From the IMG/VR virus record IMGVR_UViG_3300028048_000102, positions 1-64,000 of that record: a stretch of 64,000 nt of DNA; one strand, 5' to 3'. The translations under genes were made by a program, and so were the position numbers. Origin of the DNA: a virus (lineage: Duplodnaviria; Caudoviricetes). Under the pieces are notes generated by a model. It had not been told where the DNA came from. It saw only the letters and a program-made list of their open reading frames with translations, and did not search any database. Positions 20,293 through 30,819 of this stretch are shown here, piece by piece; position 1 is the stretch's first letter, and each line of letters begins with the position of its first letter.

Positions 20293-20346
20293 AGGAAAGT
20301 ATATAAGAGGTGGAGTAATCCACCTCTTTATTTTTTAATTTAAACA

Positions 20347-20362
20347 TATACTATATATATGA
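20347..20362 (+). promoter_or_regulatory. Putative early promoter (copy 5)
   Basis: TATACTATATATATGA. Confidence 0.7.
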
Positions 20363-20368
20363 AGGAGT

Positions 20369-21091
20369 GTGATACAATTGAATTGTACAAGTATAAAAAT
20401 TTCAATACAAATGTTTAAAGCTATTACCGAGGTAGGAAGAATGATGAAATCAACATTCATTGTCTATGATCCTGAGAGTCCTATGCAATTATATGGATTC
20501 AATGGTATTGGATATGAATGGAATGGTGAAACTAAACTCGGTTGTATGAAGTTTATAGATAATTTAGATGTTATTGATGAGATTATAAAAATACCATATA
20601 GTGATTTTCCAATTCATGGATTTGTGTGTTATGTAAAAGATCTGTATGCTGCTAGTAAAGTATTAGATGAAGCAAATCCAAATAATAATGAAATTACTCT
20701 TAAACAATATATCTATTCAGATATTACAAATGAAATTAAGTCTATAGAAATAAGAGTTAATGGTGTATTAGTAGCTATTATTCCTACATTTAAACTTAAT
20801 AAGTTTAAAGATATTCATAATAAACTTATTACAGATTTGAATACTGTAGATGAAATAGATATTACAGAAGATGATGAGATGATACAGCTTCTTGGAACTA
20901 AAGCGGCTGATGGTGCATCTCATTTAGTATATCATGATATTCCTATGTATTTAACAGCTAATATGCTGAATATAAATAAGGGAGATAGGATTATAGCTTC
21001 TCATACAGAAGAAGGTAATCCAAGGGTAGTGTTAAAAGTCATTAAGAAGAAGTATACTATAACTACTATCTTTAAGATTCTTTCCTTATAA
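20369..21091 (+). CDS. Hypothetical protein
   Basis: 240-aa ORF downstream of the early promoter. Confidence 0.65.
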   Translation: MIQLNCTSIKISIQMFKAITEVGRMMKSTFIVYDPESPMQLYGFNGIGYEWNGETKLGCMKFIDNLDVIDEIIKIPYSDFPIHGFVCYVKDLYAASKVLDEANPNNNEITLKQYIYSDITNEIKSIEIRVNGVLVAIIPTFKLNKFKDIHNKLITDLNTVDEIDITEDDEMIQLLGTKAADGASHLVYHDIPMYLTANMLNINKGDRIIASHTEEGNPRVVLKVIKKKYTITTIFKILSL

Positions 21092-21143
21092 GGGCAACTT
21101 CTCAATAAAGAGAATATTAGAAACCCTGTAAGGAGGGCCTTAG

Positions 21144-21854
21144 ATGAATTATAAAGGCGAAAAAGAATTCAATCTAAAAAATAATAAAGAAAGGGACAGA
21201 ATGTATTCTCAATTTAGTGATGAACAGAAAAATATGTTTCATTCAATACAGAATAACATATTTACATTCTGTGAAGCAAATGCTGGAACAGGTAAAACAT
21301 TAGTAGCTGTTGCATCACTATTGGATTTATTAGCAAATAATACTATTAATAAAATAGTATATCTTCAAAAACCATCTAAAAGATATTTACAAAATGGATT
21401 GCTTCCTGGTGATCTTGATGAGAAAACAGAGAAGCTCTGGGATCCATTTTATGATGCAATGTTAAAACTTGGATATGATCCATTTACAGTAGATGGAATG
21501 GTTAATCAAGAATTAATTTATCTTACTACAGATACTACATTACGAGGTGTTAATTTCGAAAATGTAGGATTATGTATAGATGAAGCTCAAAATGCTGATT
21601 GTGAAACATTAAGATTAATATTCACAAGATGTCATGATGCTTGTAGAATAATTATGCTTGGTGATGTTAATCAAAAAGATAATAAAGGAAGAAATACAGA
21701 TTTTGTTTATTATGGATATTATTTATCTAATAAATACTTTGGAAATAAATGTAAACTTGTTAAGAATTTTAGAGGAGATTTTAGTAATTGTGCCGAAAAA
21801 TTTAATTTAGAGAAATACATGGTTTCTGAAGAAGCAAAAGAAATTGAGTTTTAA
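21144..21854 (+). CDS. phoH: PhoH-family ATPase
   Basis: ANAGTGKT, GLLPGDLDEK, LRGVNF, IDEAQN, GDVNQKD. Confidence 0.9.
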   Translation: MNYKGEKEFNLKNNKERDRMYSQFSDEQKNMFHSIQNNIFTFCEANAGTGKTLVAVASLLDLLANNTINKIVYLQKPSKRYLQNGLLPGDLDEKTEKLWDPFYDAMLKLGYDPFTVDGMVNQELIYLTTDTTLRGVNFENVGLCIDEAQNADCETLRLIFTRCHDACRIIMLGDVNQKDNKGRNTDFVYYGYYLSNKYFGNKCKLVKNFRGDFSNCAEKFNLEKYMVSEEAKEIEF

Positions 21855-21909
21855 AGTATATCCAGTACCCTTAAATAGGGTACTGGAATTTTAAGAAGGA
21901 AATGATAGT

Positions 21910-22185
21910 ATGGATAAAGAAACTAGAGAAAGAAAGATTAAAGAATTTATTGAGTGGATAAAAAATAAATCAGAAGAAGAGATTGGATTGTCTAAATATC
22001 TTGATCCAGAAAAACTTCCAGATAGTGTTTTTGAAGAGCCAAAAGAAGTATTACATGAAAATAAACAAGAATTAGTAGATTTTAGAACATATCAACCACC
22101 ACAAGAAGTATTAGATGAATATAAAGATTTAATTGAAGAATTACATAAATGGGCTGAAAGTAGCAGAAAGTATAGAGATAAATAA
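21910..22185 (+). CDS. Small acidic protein, duplicate A
   Basis: First about 43 aa nearly identical to 22249. Confidence 0.65.
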   Translation: MDKETRERKIKEFIEWIKNKSEEEIGLSKYLDPEKLPDSVFEEPKEVLHENKQELVDFRTYQPPQEVLDEYKDLIEELHKWAESSRKYRDK

Positions 22186-22248
22186 TGAGAAGAAGTAGAG
22201 GAATGTGTATCCTAAATGTGGTATGGAATTTTAAGGAGGTAATATAGT

Positions 22249-22512
22249 ATGGATAAAGAAACTAGAGAAAGAAAGATTAAAGAATTTATTGAGTGGAGAA
22301 AAAATAAATCAGAAGAAGAGATTGGATTGTCTAAATATCTTGATCCAGAAAAACTTCCAGATAGTTTTTTCGAAGAAAGTTCTAAGCATTTTCAAAATAA
22401 TAAAGTTGTTCATTATGGATCTTGGAAACCTTCTAAAGAGTTATTAGAAGAATATAAAGAAGAATTAGAAGATTATCATAATTGGGCAAAAGAAAGTAGA
22501 GGTGAAAAATAA
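22249..22512 (+). CDS. Small acidic protein, duplicate B (candidate antitoxin)
   Basis: Paralog of 21910; overlaps the start of the PemK-like gene. Confidence 0.65.
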   Translation: MDKETRERKIKEFIEWRKNKSEEEIGLSKYLDPEKLPDSFFEESSKHFQNNKVVHYGSWKPSKELLEEYKEELEDYHNWAKESRGEK

Positions 22513-23455
22513 GATGAGAAGAAAAAGTAAAGGAATGCCTAGAGAATTATTAGCATTATCTGATGCTACATTTAATGATATTGAAGTTGGAGATATTTGT
22601 TGGGTAAATTACCCATATGAAGAAGATAGCCAAAAAGATATAAATGGTGATAGTACTTGGGGTAAACCAAGACCAGCATTAGTAATAAATAAAAATATTA
22701 ATGAGGAAAGACCTATATTTGTTATAAAAGGCACCACTAGTACTAATGATGCATATAATCCAAGTGATGTTATTAGGCATATAGGTAAGAAAACAAGAAT
22801 TAATTGTAATAGTATTGCAATGTTAAAACCACATCACTTTTTAGGATTAATTGAGCATATAGATTTTTATAATCCAAAATTTCAAGATATTTTACAAACA
22901 GCTTATCATATACATAAAAAAGGTAAACTTATCTTTTCAACTTATGAGGATTATAATATGAATAATAACAATAAAAATTACATTGATATTTTAAATGAAG
23001 AGAACTCTAAGAATATTATAAAGACTAATTGCACTTGGGATGAAATATATGCAATCTATAATACTCTTGCTCCTCATGAAAGATTGTTTTTAGGAAATAG
23101 ATTTATCAGCTCTCCAAATAATACTGTATTCAGATGGGTGGTACAATGTAATGGGGAAAATGCTGGATTTATGGAATTATACGATATGAAAAAATCTGGT
23201 TCTCATAAAAAAGAAGTAGTAGTATTAACCGCTATCTGTCCTCAATATAGAGGAATAGGAATACTTGAAGAATTAGAAAAAGAAGCGGAAAACTTTGTAT
23301 ATAATTCTCCAGATTATAATAAGATTATCTGGTATGCTAATGATGCTAATTCTAGAAGTTTTAAATGTGCTGAAAGACTAGGATATACAAAGAAATTTCA
23401 TGAATTAGATTATTGGGTGTTTGAAAAGCACTTTAAAGATGGGGAGATAAACTAG
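22502..23455 (+). CDS. PemK/MazF-like domain fused to a GNAT acetyltransferase
   Basis: N-terminal GDICWVNYP...GKPRPALVI (PemK); C-terminal ICPQYRGIGI...NSRSFKCAERLGY (GNAT motifs A and B). Confidence 0.65.
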   Translation: MKNKMRRKSKGMPRELLALSDATFNDIEVGDICWVNYPYEEDSQKDINGDSTWGKPRPALVINKNINEERPIFVIKGTTSTNDAYNPSDVIRHIGKKTRINCNSIAMLKPHHFLGLIEHIDFYNPKFQDILQTAYHIHKKGKLIFSTYEDYNMNNNNKNYIDILNEENSKNIIKTNCTWDEIYAIYNTLAPHERLFLGNRFISSPNNTVFRWVVQCNGENAGFMELYDMKKSGSHKKEVVVLTAICPQYRGIGILEELEKEAENFVYNSPDYNKIIWYANDANSRSFKCAERLGYTKKFHELDYWVFEKHFKDGEIN

Positions 23456-23457
23456 TT

Positions 23458-23793
23458 ATGATTAAAGATATTTTAAAAACAATTTTATTCTTTATAGCAG
23501 CATTTACTATTGGTGGATTGGTAATGGTTATATATGCATGTACCAAAATATGTGGATTTTTATTTACACCATGTATACCAAATCAAATGGAAGGCTCAAT
23601 GTCTATTTTGATGATTAAGCAAACCCTTGTATTTCTATTATATACATTTTCTGGAGTATGTTTGTATTTATTAGATTTACATTTAAATACAGATGCTAAT
23701 ATAATGAGTAGTTTGCTTATAATGTGGATTATTATGATTATTATTGAGGGAATAATCCCTATGATAAAAGAATATATTAAAGATAAGTTTTAG
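23458..23793 (+). CDS. Small membrane protein
   Basis: Three hydrophobic segments. Confidence 0.6.
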   Translation: MIKDILKTILFFIAAFTIGGLVMVIYACTKICGFLFTPCIPNQMEGSMSILMIKQTLVFLLYTFSGVCLYLLDLHLNTDANIMSSLLIMWIIMIIIEGIIPMIKEYIKDKF

Positions 23794-23870
23794 AGGTACC
23801 ATTTTGGTACCTCTATCTTTTATGGAAATAGATATGAAATAAAAATTTAGAGTAAAAAATGATTTAATTG

Positions 23871-23886
23871 TATACTATATATATGA
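23871..23886 (+). promoter_or_regulatory. Putative early promoter (copy 6)
   Basis: TATACTATATATATGA. Confidence 0.7.
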
Positions 23887-24036
23887 GAGAGTAGAGAATG
23901 GGTATTTTCTATAATTAGACTTTCCAAAATAGTCATGCCAGACGGTCGGTGTAGTCAAAATTCTAGATTCTGTAGCAAGAATCCATTCTCTACTATTTCA
24001 CTATATAGTATATCTCCATATTAATATGGAGATATA
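23887..24036 (+). ncRNA. Candidate structured small RNA or leader
   Basis: Promoter, then AGTAGAGAATGG (23890-23901) pairing with CCATTCTCTACT (23983-23994), then a hairpin at 24009-24036; no long ORF. Confidence 0.45.
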
Positions 24037-24058
24037 AATAATTAAATTTTTCAAAGGA

Positions 24059-24538
24059 GTGTTTTTTATTATGAAGAAAAATGTAACCGATGTATTAAAG
24101 GAATTGATTCCAATGGCTGTAGATACGATAGCCGATTATATCGATAACAAAGATTCTGAGAACTCTACAATTGAAGAAAATGATCAAAACTATGAAGTTG
24201 TAGAATCATCACCAAATTATGTAGAATCTTCTCTTAAAGAAAAATTTGGTAATGATGAAATAGAATATATAAAAGATGTACATGAATTGGCAGTAGGAAT
24301 GATTAAGTATAAACCTATTAATATGATTAATGATCATATGAATGAAAGAGGCCTTAATGAAGTAGAAAAAATTGAAGAGGCCTATAAAAATGGTTTCCAT
24401 GATGGTTTTATGTTAGCCGATGGTGTACATCAATCACATATGGAATTTGTTTTTGATAGAATGACTGATAGAAAAGAAATCATTAAAACTGCTAAATGTT
24501 TTATTGGTGAAAATTATAAAGATGATGAAGAAGAATAA
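24059..24538 (+). CDS. Hypothetical acidic protein
   Basis: AAAGGAG RBS; start may be ATG 24071. Confidence 0.6.
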   Translation: MFFIMKKNVTDVLKELIPMAVDTIADYIDNKDSENSTIEENDQNYEVVESSPNYVESSLKEKFGNDEIEYIKDVHELAVGMIKYKPINMINDHMNERGLNEVEKIEEAYKNGFHDGFMLADGVHQSHMEFVFDRMTDRKEIIKTAKCFIGENYKDDEEE

Positions 24539-24596
24539 TAATTATAATACCTTAGGGATTTTCCCTAAGGTATATTTATTTTAAGGAAAATATATT

Positions 24597-24770
24597 ATGG
24601 ATAAGAAAGTTAAAAATCAAGAATATAATAACTGGATAATTGAAGATGAAGAAATAACTGGTTATATTGGGGAATTAAAAGAGCATAAAGTATGGGATGA
24701 TATTCCATTACATATTAGAAAATTTTTAAATAGGTTATATGATAATGCAGTTAAAAGAATGAATCCCTAG
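24597..24770 (+). CDS. Small hypothetical protein (57 aa, not in ORF track)
   Basis: AAGGA RBS, MDKKVKNQ...; TAG at 24768. Confidence 0.5.
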   Translation: MDKKVKNQEYNNWIIEDEEITGYIGELKEHKVWDDIPLHIRKFLNRLYDNAVKRMNP

Positions 24771-24817
24771 TATATTCCTATGGCTATCATAATTAAAAAG
24801 ATTTAGGGGGAGATAAT

Positions 24818-25054
24818 ATGATAGAAATTAAATTACCAGGTATATCTGATAATGATTTTGAATTATTGCATAAAGCTTTAAAAGGAAACAAAGCATATAT
24901 AGATAATGACATCGTACTATATAATGGTACTGATGATAATAAACCAAAATCTATTATTTTAGCTGGTCATATTAATATTGATGAAGATCGTTCTTATGAT
25001 ATAGAAATTGAAGCTAAAAGTATAGATGTGATTCTTAATACTAAAAGAGAATAA
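24818..25054 (+). CDS. Small hypothetical protein
   Basis: GGGGAG RBS. Confidence 0.6.
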   Translation: MIEIKLPGISDNDFELLHKALKGNKAYIDNDIVLYNGTDDNKPKSIILAGHINIDEDRSYDIEIEAKSIDVILNTKRE

Positions 25055-25067
25055 GAGGAGATATAAT

Positions 25068-25319
25068 ATGAAATGGTATACAGGCGATGAGTTTCCAGAG
25101 TTAGAAGGTGATGATAGTATAGAAATTTTAGTAGAATTTAAAAGTTCATGCGATACAGGCTTTGATTCAATGACAAGATATGCTGCTGGATATTTTCATA
25201 CACCAGAACCAGAATTAGATGACCCATACTATTGCCTTGGAATGTGTGATGATGAAGTTATTGATTTTGAAAATAAAAAAGATTTTGCATCTAGAGTAGA
25301 GCGTTGGTGCCATCTATAA
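25068..25319 (+). CDS. Small hypothetical protein
   Basis: GAGGAG RBS; MKWY..PE...W.HL pattern reminiscent of small DUF551-like phage proteins. Confidence 0.55.
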   Translation: MKWYTGDEFPELEGDDSIEILVEFKSSCDTGFDSMTRYAAGYFHTPEPELDDPYYCLGMCDDEVIDFENKKDFASRVERWCHL

Positions 25320-25416
25320 TAAAATAGAGCCTAGGGGAAAATTCCTCTAGGCTTTCTTTTTTGTGGATTTTAGATGGCCTGACACAAGCATAATACTTAT
25401 TAGGGGAGGGAACATA

Positions 25417-26847
25417 ATGCCTTCTTTAGAGGATATAATCGAAAATATAATACAGAAAGAAGATAATGGCCAGCTTATAAAAGTTGGTAGAAAAACTATA
25501 TTTTCTGACGATGATTTTTATTTGTTAAATGCTGCTGCAAATCAAAATGAAGTAAAGTATTTAAAATCCATTAAACCAGATAATTTAAAAGAAGTATTTA
25601 ATAGTTGGAATCGTGTAAGCTCTAATGGTTATGGATTGATAAATCAGAATTCAAATACAGGGGATCAGACTGTTACAAGATCTGCATATTCATATGATGA
25701 TAATAATAAGAGTATATATATGAATATGAATACAAATTGTGCATCTGCTCTTATATCCAATACTATGTATTTTAAATTCTGGGTACATATGAGAATGTAC
25801 GGGTTGACTGATTGTGGTTCTGATGATGGTGCTAGTATATTTGTATTAGCACATATGGTAGATAAAAATAATGTTTTCCATGATATTTCTGCTGTTCGTG
25901 TTGGTGGAATTAATAATCAATGGGGAAATAAAACTTTCTTTTTAGCATATGATTTTGTTTCTAGAGGTGGATGGTTAGAATTTACTAATGGTACTTCTGG
26001 TGGAAGTACCACTCCTAAATCGTTTAGATATTTAGCATATTCAACTCCTCCTAAGAGAAATTGGGATAATGGTTTTGTAGAATTCTATGCTGAAAAGAAT
26101 GTTGGTACTATTATAGGAAAAACCAATGATAAGAATATATCCAATTTTAATAGTGCATATGATATTTCTTATACTCTTCCAGAAACTCAACCATCAGATT
26201 GGTCAGATGAAGACTGGAGTAATCTTAAGTACATGATGACTCAGCCTTGTTCTGTTGGATTTGGTGCACAGTCTCAGAATTCTAGATTTATGGTTGTAGA
26301 TCAAGAAGAAATTTTTGAAAAAGATAATATCTATGATTTAGATAAAAACTATATTCATGTATTTGTAAATAATACATGGTTAAAAATGATGAGAGCTTCT
26401 GATATTCTCCCTAATAAAATATGGATATACAATGATAAATTAAAGAATCTTTATTGGTATGATTCTCCTGGTAAATTTATTAAGATTGAATCTAATATAG
26501 TTAGAGATATCAAATCTGCTAAAGAGGGCCAGATACCTAAAGTTACTAATGATGGTATTGTAAAACCACATGATAATTTTATCGAACTCTATGCAGTTGA
26601 TAATAATACTGATTTTGTATATCAGCAGTCACTTCTTAATGCTAATGGTAGTACAATATATAGATTAGATATTAAGAAGAAATATATATACTATCGTAGT
26701 AGCAATAACTGGATTGAGAAATCCATTGACTCAAATGATATTCCTTGTAGAATATTTATATATAATAAATCACTCCATAGATTCTTCTTCTATACAGAAC
26801 CTGGAGTTTATAATAGAATATTATTACAAAATTTTGATGTTATATAA
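25417..26847 (+). CDS. Putative tail fibre/virion protein (modular repeat family)
   Basis: Start ATG 25417 with GGGGAGG RBS; shares LPxTxPSDWS and IPxRIxxYN..LxxY modules with downstream genes. Confidence 0.55.
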   Translation: MPSLEDIIENIIQKEDNGQLIKVGRKTIFSDDDFYLLNAAANQNEVKYLKSIKPDNLKEVFNSWNRVSSNGYGLINQNSNTGDQTVTRSAYSYDDNNKSIYMNMNTNCASALISNTMYFKFWVHMRMYGLTDCGSDDGASIFVLAHMVDKNNVFHDISAVRVGGINNQWGNKTFFLAYDFVSRGGWLEFTNGTSGGSTTPKSFRYLAYSTPPKRNWDNGFVEFYAEKNVGTIIGKTNDKNISNFNSAYDISYTLPETQPSDWSDEDWSNLKYMMTQPCSVGFGAQSQNSRFMVVDQEEIFEKDNIYDLDKNYIHVFVNNTWLKMMRASDILPNKIWIYNDKLKNLYWYDSPGKFIKIESNIVRDIKSAKEGQIPKVTNDGIVKPHDNFIELYAVDNNTDFVYQQSLLNANGSTIYRLDIKKKYIYYRSSNNWIEKSIDSNDIPCRIFIYNKSLHRFFFYTEPGVYNRILLQNFDVI

Positions 26848-26859
26848 TGAGGTGGAATA

Positions 26860-29349
26860 ATGGGTACATTTGATCTTGAAAAGAAAGTTACATACAATGA
26901 ACTTGCTCCATCTTTACAAGCATTACTAAATAGAAATGAATTTGCTTTTTCACTTATTAGAGCTCTTAAATCAGCTAAGCCTGGTCAAGATTTAAAAATA
27001 GATACTTCAAATCGTAATTTCATTGGCGATGATAATTTTTATAAGAGTAGAATATGTAATTCTACTAAAGAATATAATCAAGTAATAGCATATGGTCCTA
27101 CTTCACAAAATGAAATAAAGAATAATTGGAAGTATTATATAAATAATACTCTTCAAAATTCAAAGCCTTCATATAATGAAACTAATAGAACTTTTACTTT
27201 AGCTGCATATGGAAATAAGACATCATATTTATCTACTAAAGAATATCCATTTGTAGAAATTTGGTTAAAGATCACTTGTACTAATCCATCTTATAATAAA
27301 GAAGCTGGTGTATTAGTATCTGAGATTACATATAATAATGAGAAGTTTGATTTATGTATAGTAAGATATTGGAATAGATTATCTTTAGTATTTAATTATC
27401 TATATAATACTTCTAGTAATCCTATGATTGAAATTGCATCTATATCAACTACGAATGTACCATGGAATACTGGAAATACTTGCCATATTAATTTTACAAA
27501 GGAATACAATAGAATTACATTCTCTTGTAATGATATTGGAGACTCTAGTCTTGAGCAAAAATATAAAGTTCAGTATAACTATCCTAATATTTATGATAAA
27601 GGAAATGTTCCATATAATAGAAAAACATATAAAACTGTTTTAAAGGCTTTAATGAGAAATAATAGTAGAATAGGGTTTGTTTGTAATAATTATAATGGAA
27701 CCTTTAATGTATTAGATCAGAAAAACTTGTATGATGATGATAAGATTTATCATCTTAAGAACTATGAAGTTCTTATGTGGGATGGACAAAATCTAGTTGC
27801 TAGACCAGATGGATTTAATTGTATTGCTAATAGAAGTTTTATGTTTGATTCAATATCTAATAATCTCTATTGGCTCAAATATATTTCTCATACTTATAAT
27901 ATCACTTCTTCAGGAATTAGATTTGATCGTAATATAGATAGTAAAAGTATGGGTGGTCAAGTAATTAAGTTATCTGATACTAATACTATGTACCCAGATG
28001 ATAATTTCTATGATATGAAAGTAACTGATAATAATTTAGAATTACAAGATATGATGCTTAATACTAATAAGAGTGATCATATGAAAGAGATATTTGATAG
28101 CTGGGATACATTTAGTATTTTTCATGATCAAAATACTGCTATTACTGGTCCATTTGGATGTGGAACTGGAAGTGGTACATCTTATAGATATAATGGAAAT
28201 CAAGAAAGAGTATATGCATCATGTTGGTCATATTCTGATCTAGGTAAAACTATATATAATAATGGTAATACTTATCCAATAACTGGATATAGAAGTACTA
28301 AATCATATACAGAGTATTGGATTGAATATACTATAATGTGTAATGATAGTCTTCATTCTGGTACTGATTATGTAGGAGCTATAGTATCTTGGATGTTTGA
28401 TAGTTCTGGAAATCCTCATTGGATAGGAATTTATAGAAATAATGATACTGTAAATAATGCTACTGCATACTTTGGAATAGTATATGATATGTTTTTGCCT
28501 ACTCAGAAAATCATTTACGATATTTCAAATGAGATAAATGATAAGTCTCCTTCAAATAAATTCTGTGCATGGCAAGGATTTGGTCAAAAAGCATCTTTAT
28601 TTGTTGGCAAAACTTTAAACACTATATCAGCTAAAACCACTAATTATAGAGGAGTTGGAGTTGACCCAGATGAAGATTGGGATTATGAATTTGATTGGGT
28701 ACTTCCTACAACTAAACCATCAGATTGGTCCAATGATATGTGGAGCAATGTAAACAAAATGATGTCTGGTGGTCAAATTGGACTTTGGGCTTTATCTTAC
28801 TCTATTAGTATTGGTATTCAAAAGCAGTATAATGTATTTAATAATTATGATATATATGCTCTTCACTTGAATAAAGTATATGAGCAAAATGGTAAGACTG
28901 TAGATGCTCCATCGCAAGTTTATTTATATAAACCTGGTGAAGTATATAGTACCAAACCTAATACTCGAGTAAGAATAATGAAAAATGGAGATGCTCTAAT
29001 ATATGATAGTGGTACAGATAATAAGCCTTTATATACATTCCAAGTTCTTCCATTTAAGAAGAATATTGGAAACGGAAGAAAGTCTATTGAAACTTATCTA
29101 AGGCTTACTGTAAATGGAAATGATATATTTAACTCAGAAGGTATAGATGGTTTAGTCACTTATCATATCCAATATTATATTTCAGGATCTTGGGAATATC
29201 CTGAGACAGGTTCTATGCCTGAGTGGGTAGTAAAAGATAAGTGTGAAAATCTATTACCTAAAAAATCATGGTTATATAATTCTACATTCAAAAGATTATA
29301 CTTCTATGATGGATTTGGTAATAAATACACCAAAATTAATGCAGAATAG
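26860..29349 (+). CDS. Putative tail fibre/receptor-binding protein
   Basis: N-terminal ELAPSLQ motif, repeated beta-rich lectin-like modules, located in the fibre cluster. Confidence 0.55.
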   Translation: MGTFDLEKKVTYNELAPSLQALLNRNEFAFSLIRALKSAKPGQDLKIDTSNRNFIGDDNFYKSRICNSTKEYNQVIAYGPTSQNEIKNNWKYYINNTLQNSKPSYNETNRTFTLAAYGNKTSYLSTKEYPFVEIWLKITCTNPSYNKEAGVLVSEITYNNEKFDLCIVRYWNRLSLVFNYLYNTSSNPMIEIASISTTNVPWNTGNTCHINFTKEYNRITFSCNDIGDSSLEQKYKVQYNYPNIYDKGNVPYNRKTYKTVLKALMRNNSRIGFVCNNYNGTFNVLDQKNLYDDDKIYHLKNYEVLMWDGQNLVARPDGFNCIANRSFMFDSISNNLYWLKYISHTYNITSSGIRFDRNIDSKSMGGQVIKLSDTNTMYPDDNFYDMKVTDNNLELQDMMLNTNKSDHMKEIFDSWDTFSIFHDQNTAITGPFGCGTGSGTSYRYNGNQERVYASCWSYSDLGKTIYNNGNTYPITGYRSTKSYTEYWIEYTIMCNDSLHSGTDYVGAIVSWMFDSSGNPHWIGIYRNNDTVNNATAYFGIVYDMFLPTQKIIYDISNEINDKSPSNKFCAWQGFGQKASLFVGKTLNTISAKTTNYRGVGVDPDEDWDYEFDWVLPTTKPSDWSNDMWSNVNKMMSGGQIGLWALSYSISIGIQKQYNVFNNYDIYALHLNKVYEQNGKTVDAPSQVYLYKPGEVYSTKPNTRVRIMKNGDALIYDSGTDNKPLYTFQVLPFKKNIGNGRKSIETYLRLTVNGNDIFNSEGIDGLVTYHIQYYISGSWEYPETGSMPEWVVKDKCENLLPKKSWLYNSTFKRLYFYDGFGNKYTKINAE

Positions 29350-29363
29350 GAAGGAGAAGAAAT

Positions 29364-30806
29364 ATGATAAGTAGTAATTTTGAATTAGAAGATAAACTTA
29401 CATATGAAGAACTTGCTCCTTCATTACAAGATATGCTTAAGATTCTTGATACTCTTAATCTTATTATGAATTTAGTAAAAAATGGTACTAATGGTAGAAA
29501 TATCAAAATAGATCCTAAAAAATCTTCATTGTTTGATGATGATGATTTTAGAATTGCTAAGATATCAAATAATCAAATTATGGTATCTGATATAGATATG
29601 GAAGAATGGAGTACAGCAACTGCTCAAACTGAATCAAATGAATCTACCCAAATAATACCTAATAGAATATTCTTATATGATATAGATACTACTGAACTTT
29701 GGTATTATCAAGATTGGAATAATAAATGGTGTATAAGAAAAGATGAAACTATAGATATCAATAATGCTAAGCCTGGTGAAGTATTAAAATTAGATAATAA
29801 TAAGAATATTATATTAGATTCTAATTTTAAACTAAAACGTGTAGTAAAATCTGATAAGGATTTATATGCAGAGGCTAGAAGAAATCCAAAAACGTATAAA
29901 TACAGTGATAATGATTATAATATCTATTTACCAGAGTCTAATAGTTATTATACTACAAATAATATAAATAATTATCCTTCATCAGGAGTTACTGATGAGC
30001 AGGCTTTGAATAATTATTATACTTTATCATCTGATAAAGCTAGTAATAAACTAATATCTAGAACATGGTTATATAATGAGGGAACTCAAAAGTTATTTTT
30101 CTATAAATGTGCTAATGATATATATGAACTTAATACAGTTGTAGATAAAATTACTTTTCATACAATTACTATAATTCAAACTGATAATCAAACTATTTCG
30201 GTTAATTATAATAATAGTGATATAACTACTTCATTTATGATTCCTCATGGATCTCCATTTACTGTATCTATAAAAGCTGATGTTGGTTTCCAAGCAGGTA
30301 CTTTAAATATAACTAGTGGTATAGCTAATAGTGATATTACTATAAGTGCTACTCCTGCATTAGAAATACGTAGAAATCTATATAGTTTCTATACTGGTAT
30401 ATATAGAAATGTAGATGTACAAACTATTAGATGGCATCTTGTATATCCAGACACATCTTATTATGTAAAAAGTGGTAGGGATACATATTATGGAAGAGGC
30501 TTCTATTTCTATGCTGTAGAAGTACCATACAATTGTAAGATAGTTGCATATAGTGGTGGAGTTGCAACTTATGAAAATTCAAGTAGTTATGAAAGTACTG
30601 CTAGAATATTTGCTATGACTCAAGCTACATATAACTATTTAGCTAGTACTGAGTGTGCCATTAACTATCAATATGGTAGACTTACACCTACATACTTATC
30701 ACCTAAATATGCTACTGCTTGGAGTCAAACTGTCTATAAGGGAGACTATTTATGTGCATGGCATCCAGATATATTTAGGTATGTTGAAATAAGAGAAACA
30801 GTATAG
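29364..30806 (+). CDS. Putative tail fibre protein
   Basis: ELAPSLQ N-terminus; TITIIQTDNQTISV..G..AGTLN bacterial repeat-like domain. Confidence 0.55.
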   Translation: MISSNFELEDKLTYEELAPSLQDMLKILDTLNLIMNLVKNGTNGRNIKIDPKKSSLFDDDDFRIAKISNNQIMVSDIDMEEWSTATAQTESNESTQIIPNRIFLYDIDTTELWYYQDWNNKWCIRKDETIDINNAKPGEVLKLDNNKNIILDSNFKLKRVVKSDKDLYAEARRNPKTYKYSDNDYNIYLPESNSYYTTNNINNYPSSGVTDEQALNNYYTLSSDKASNKLISRTWLYNEGTQKLFFYKCANDIYELNTVVDKITFHTITIIQTDNQTISVNYNNSDITTSFMIPHGSPFTVSIKADVGFQAGTLNITSGIANSDITISATPALEIRRNLYSFYTGIYRNVDVQTIRWHLVYPDTSYYVKSGRDTYYGRGFYFYAVEVPYNCKIVAYSGGVATYENSSSYESTARIFAMTQATYNYLASTECAINYQYGRLTPTYLSPKYATAWSQTVYKGDYLCAWHPDIFRYVEIRETV

Positions 30807-30819
30807 GAGATGTATATAA

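Noticed and set aside
21144-21854. PhoH as a novel auxiliary gene
   Set aside because: Common in large phages
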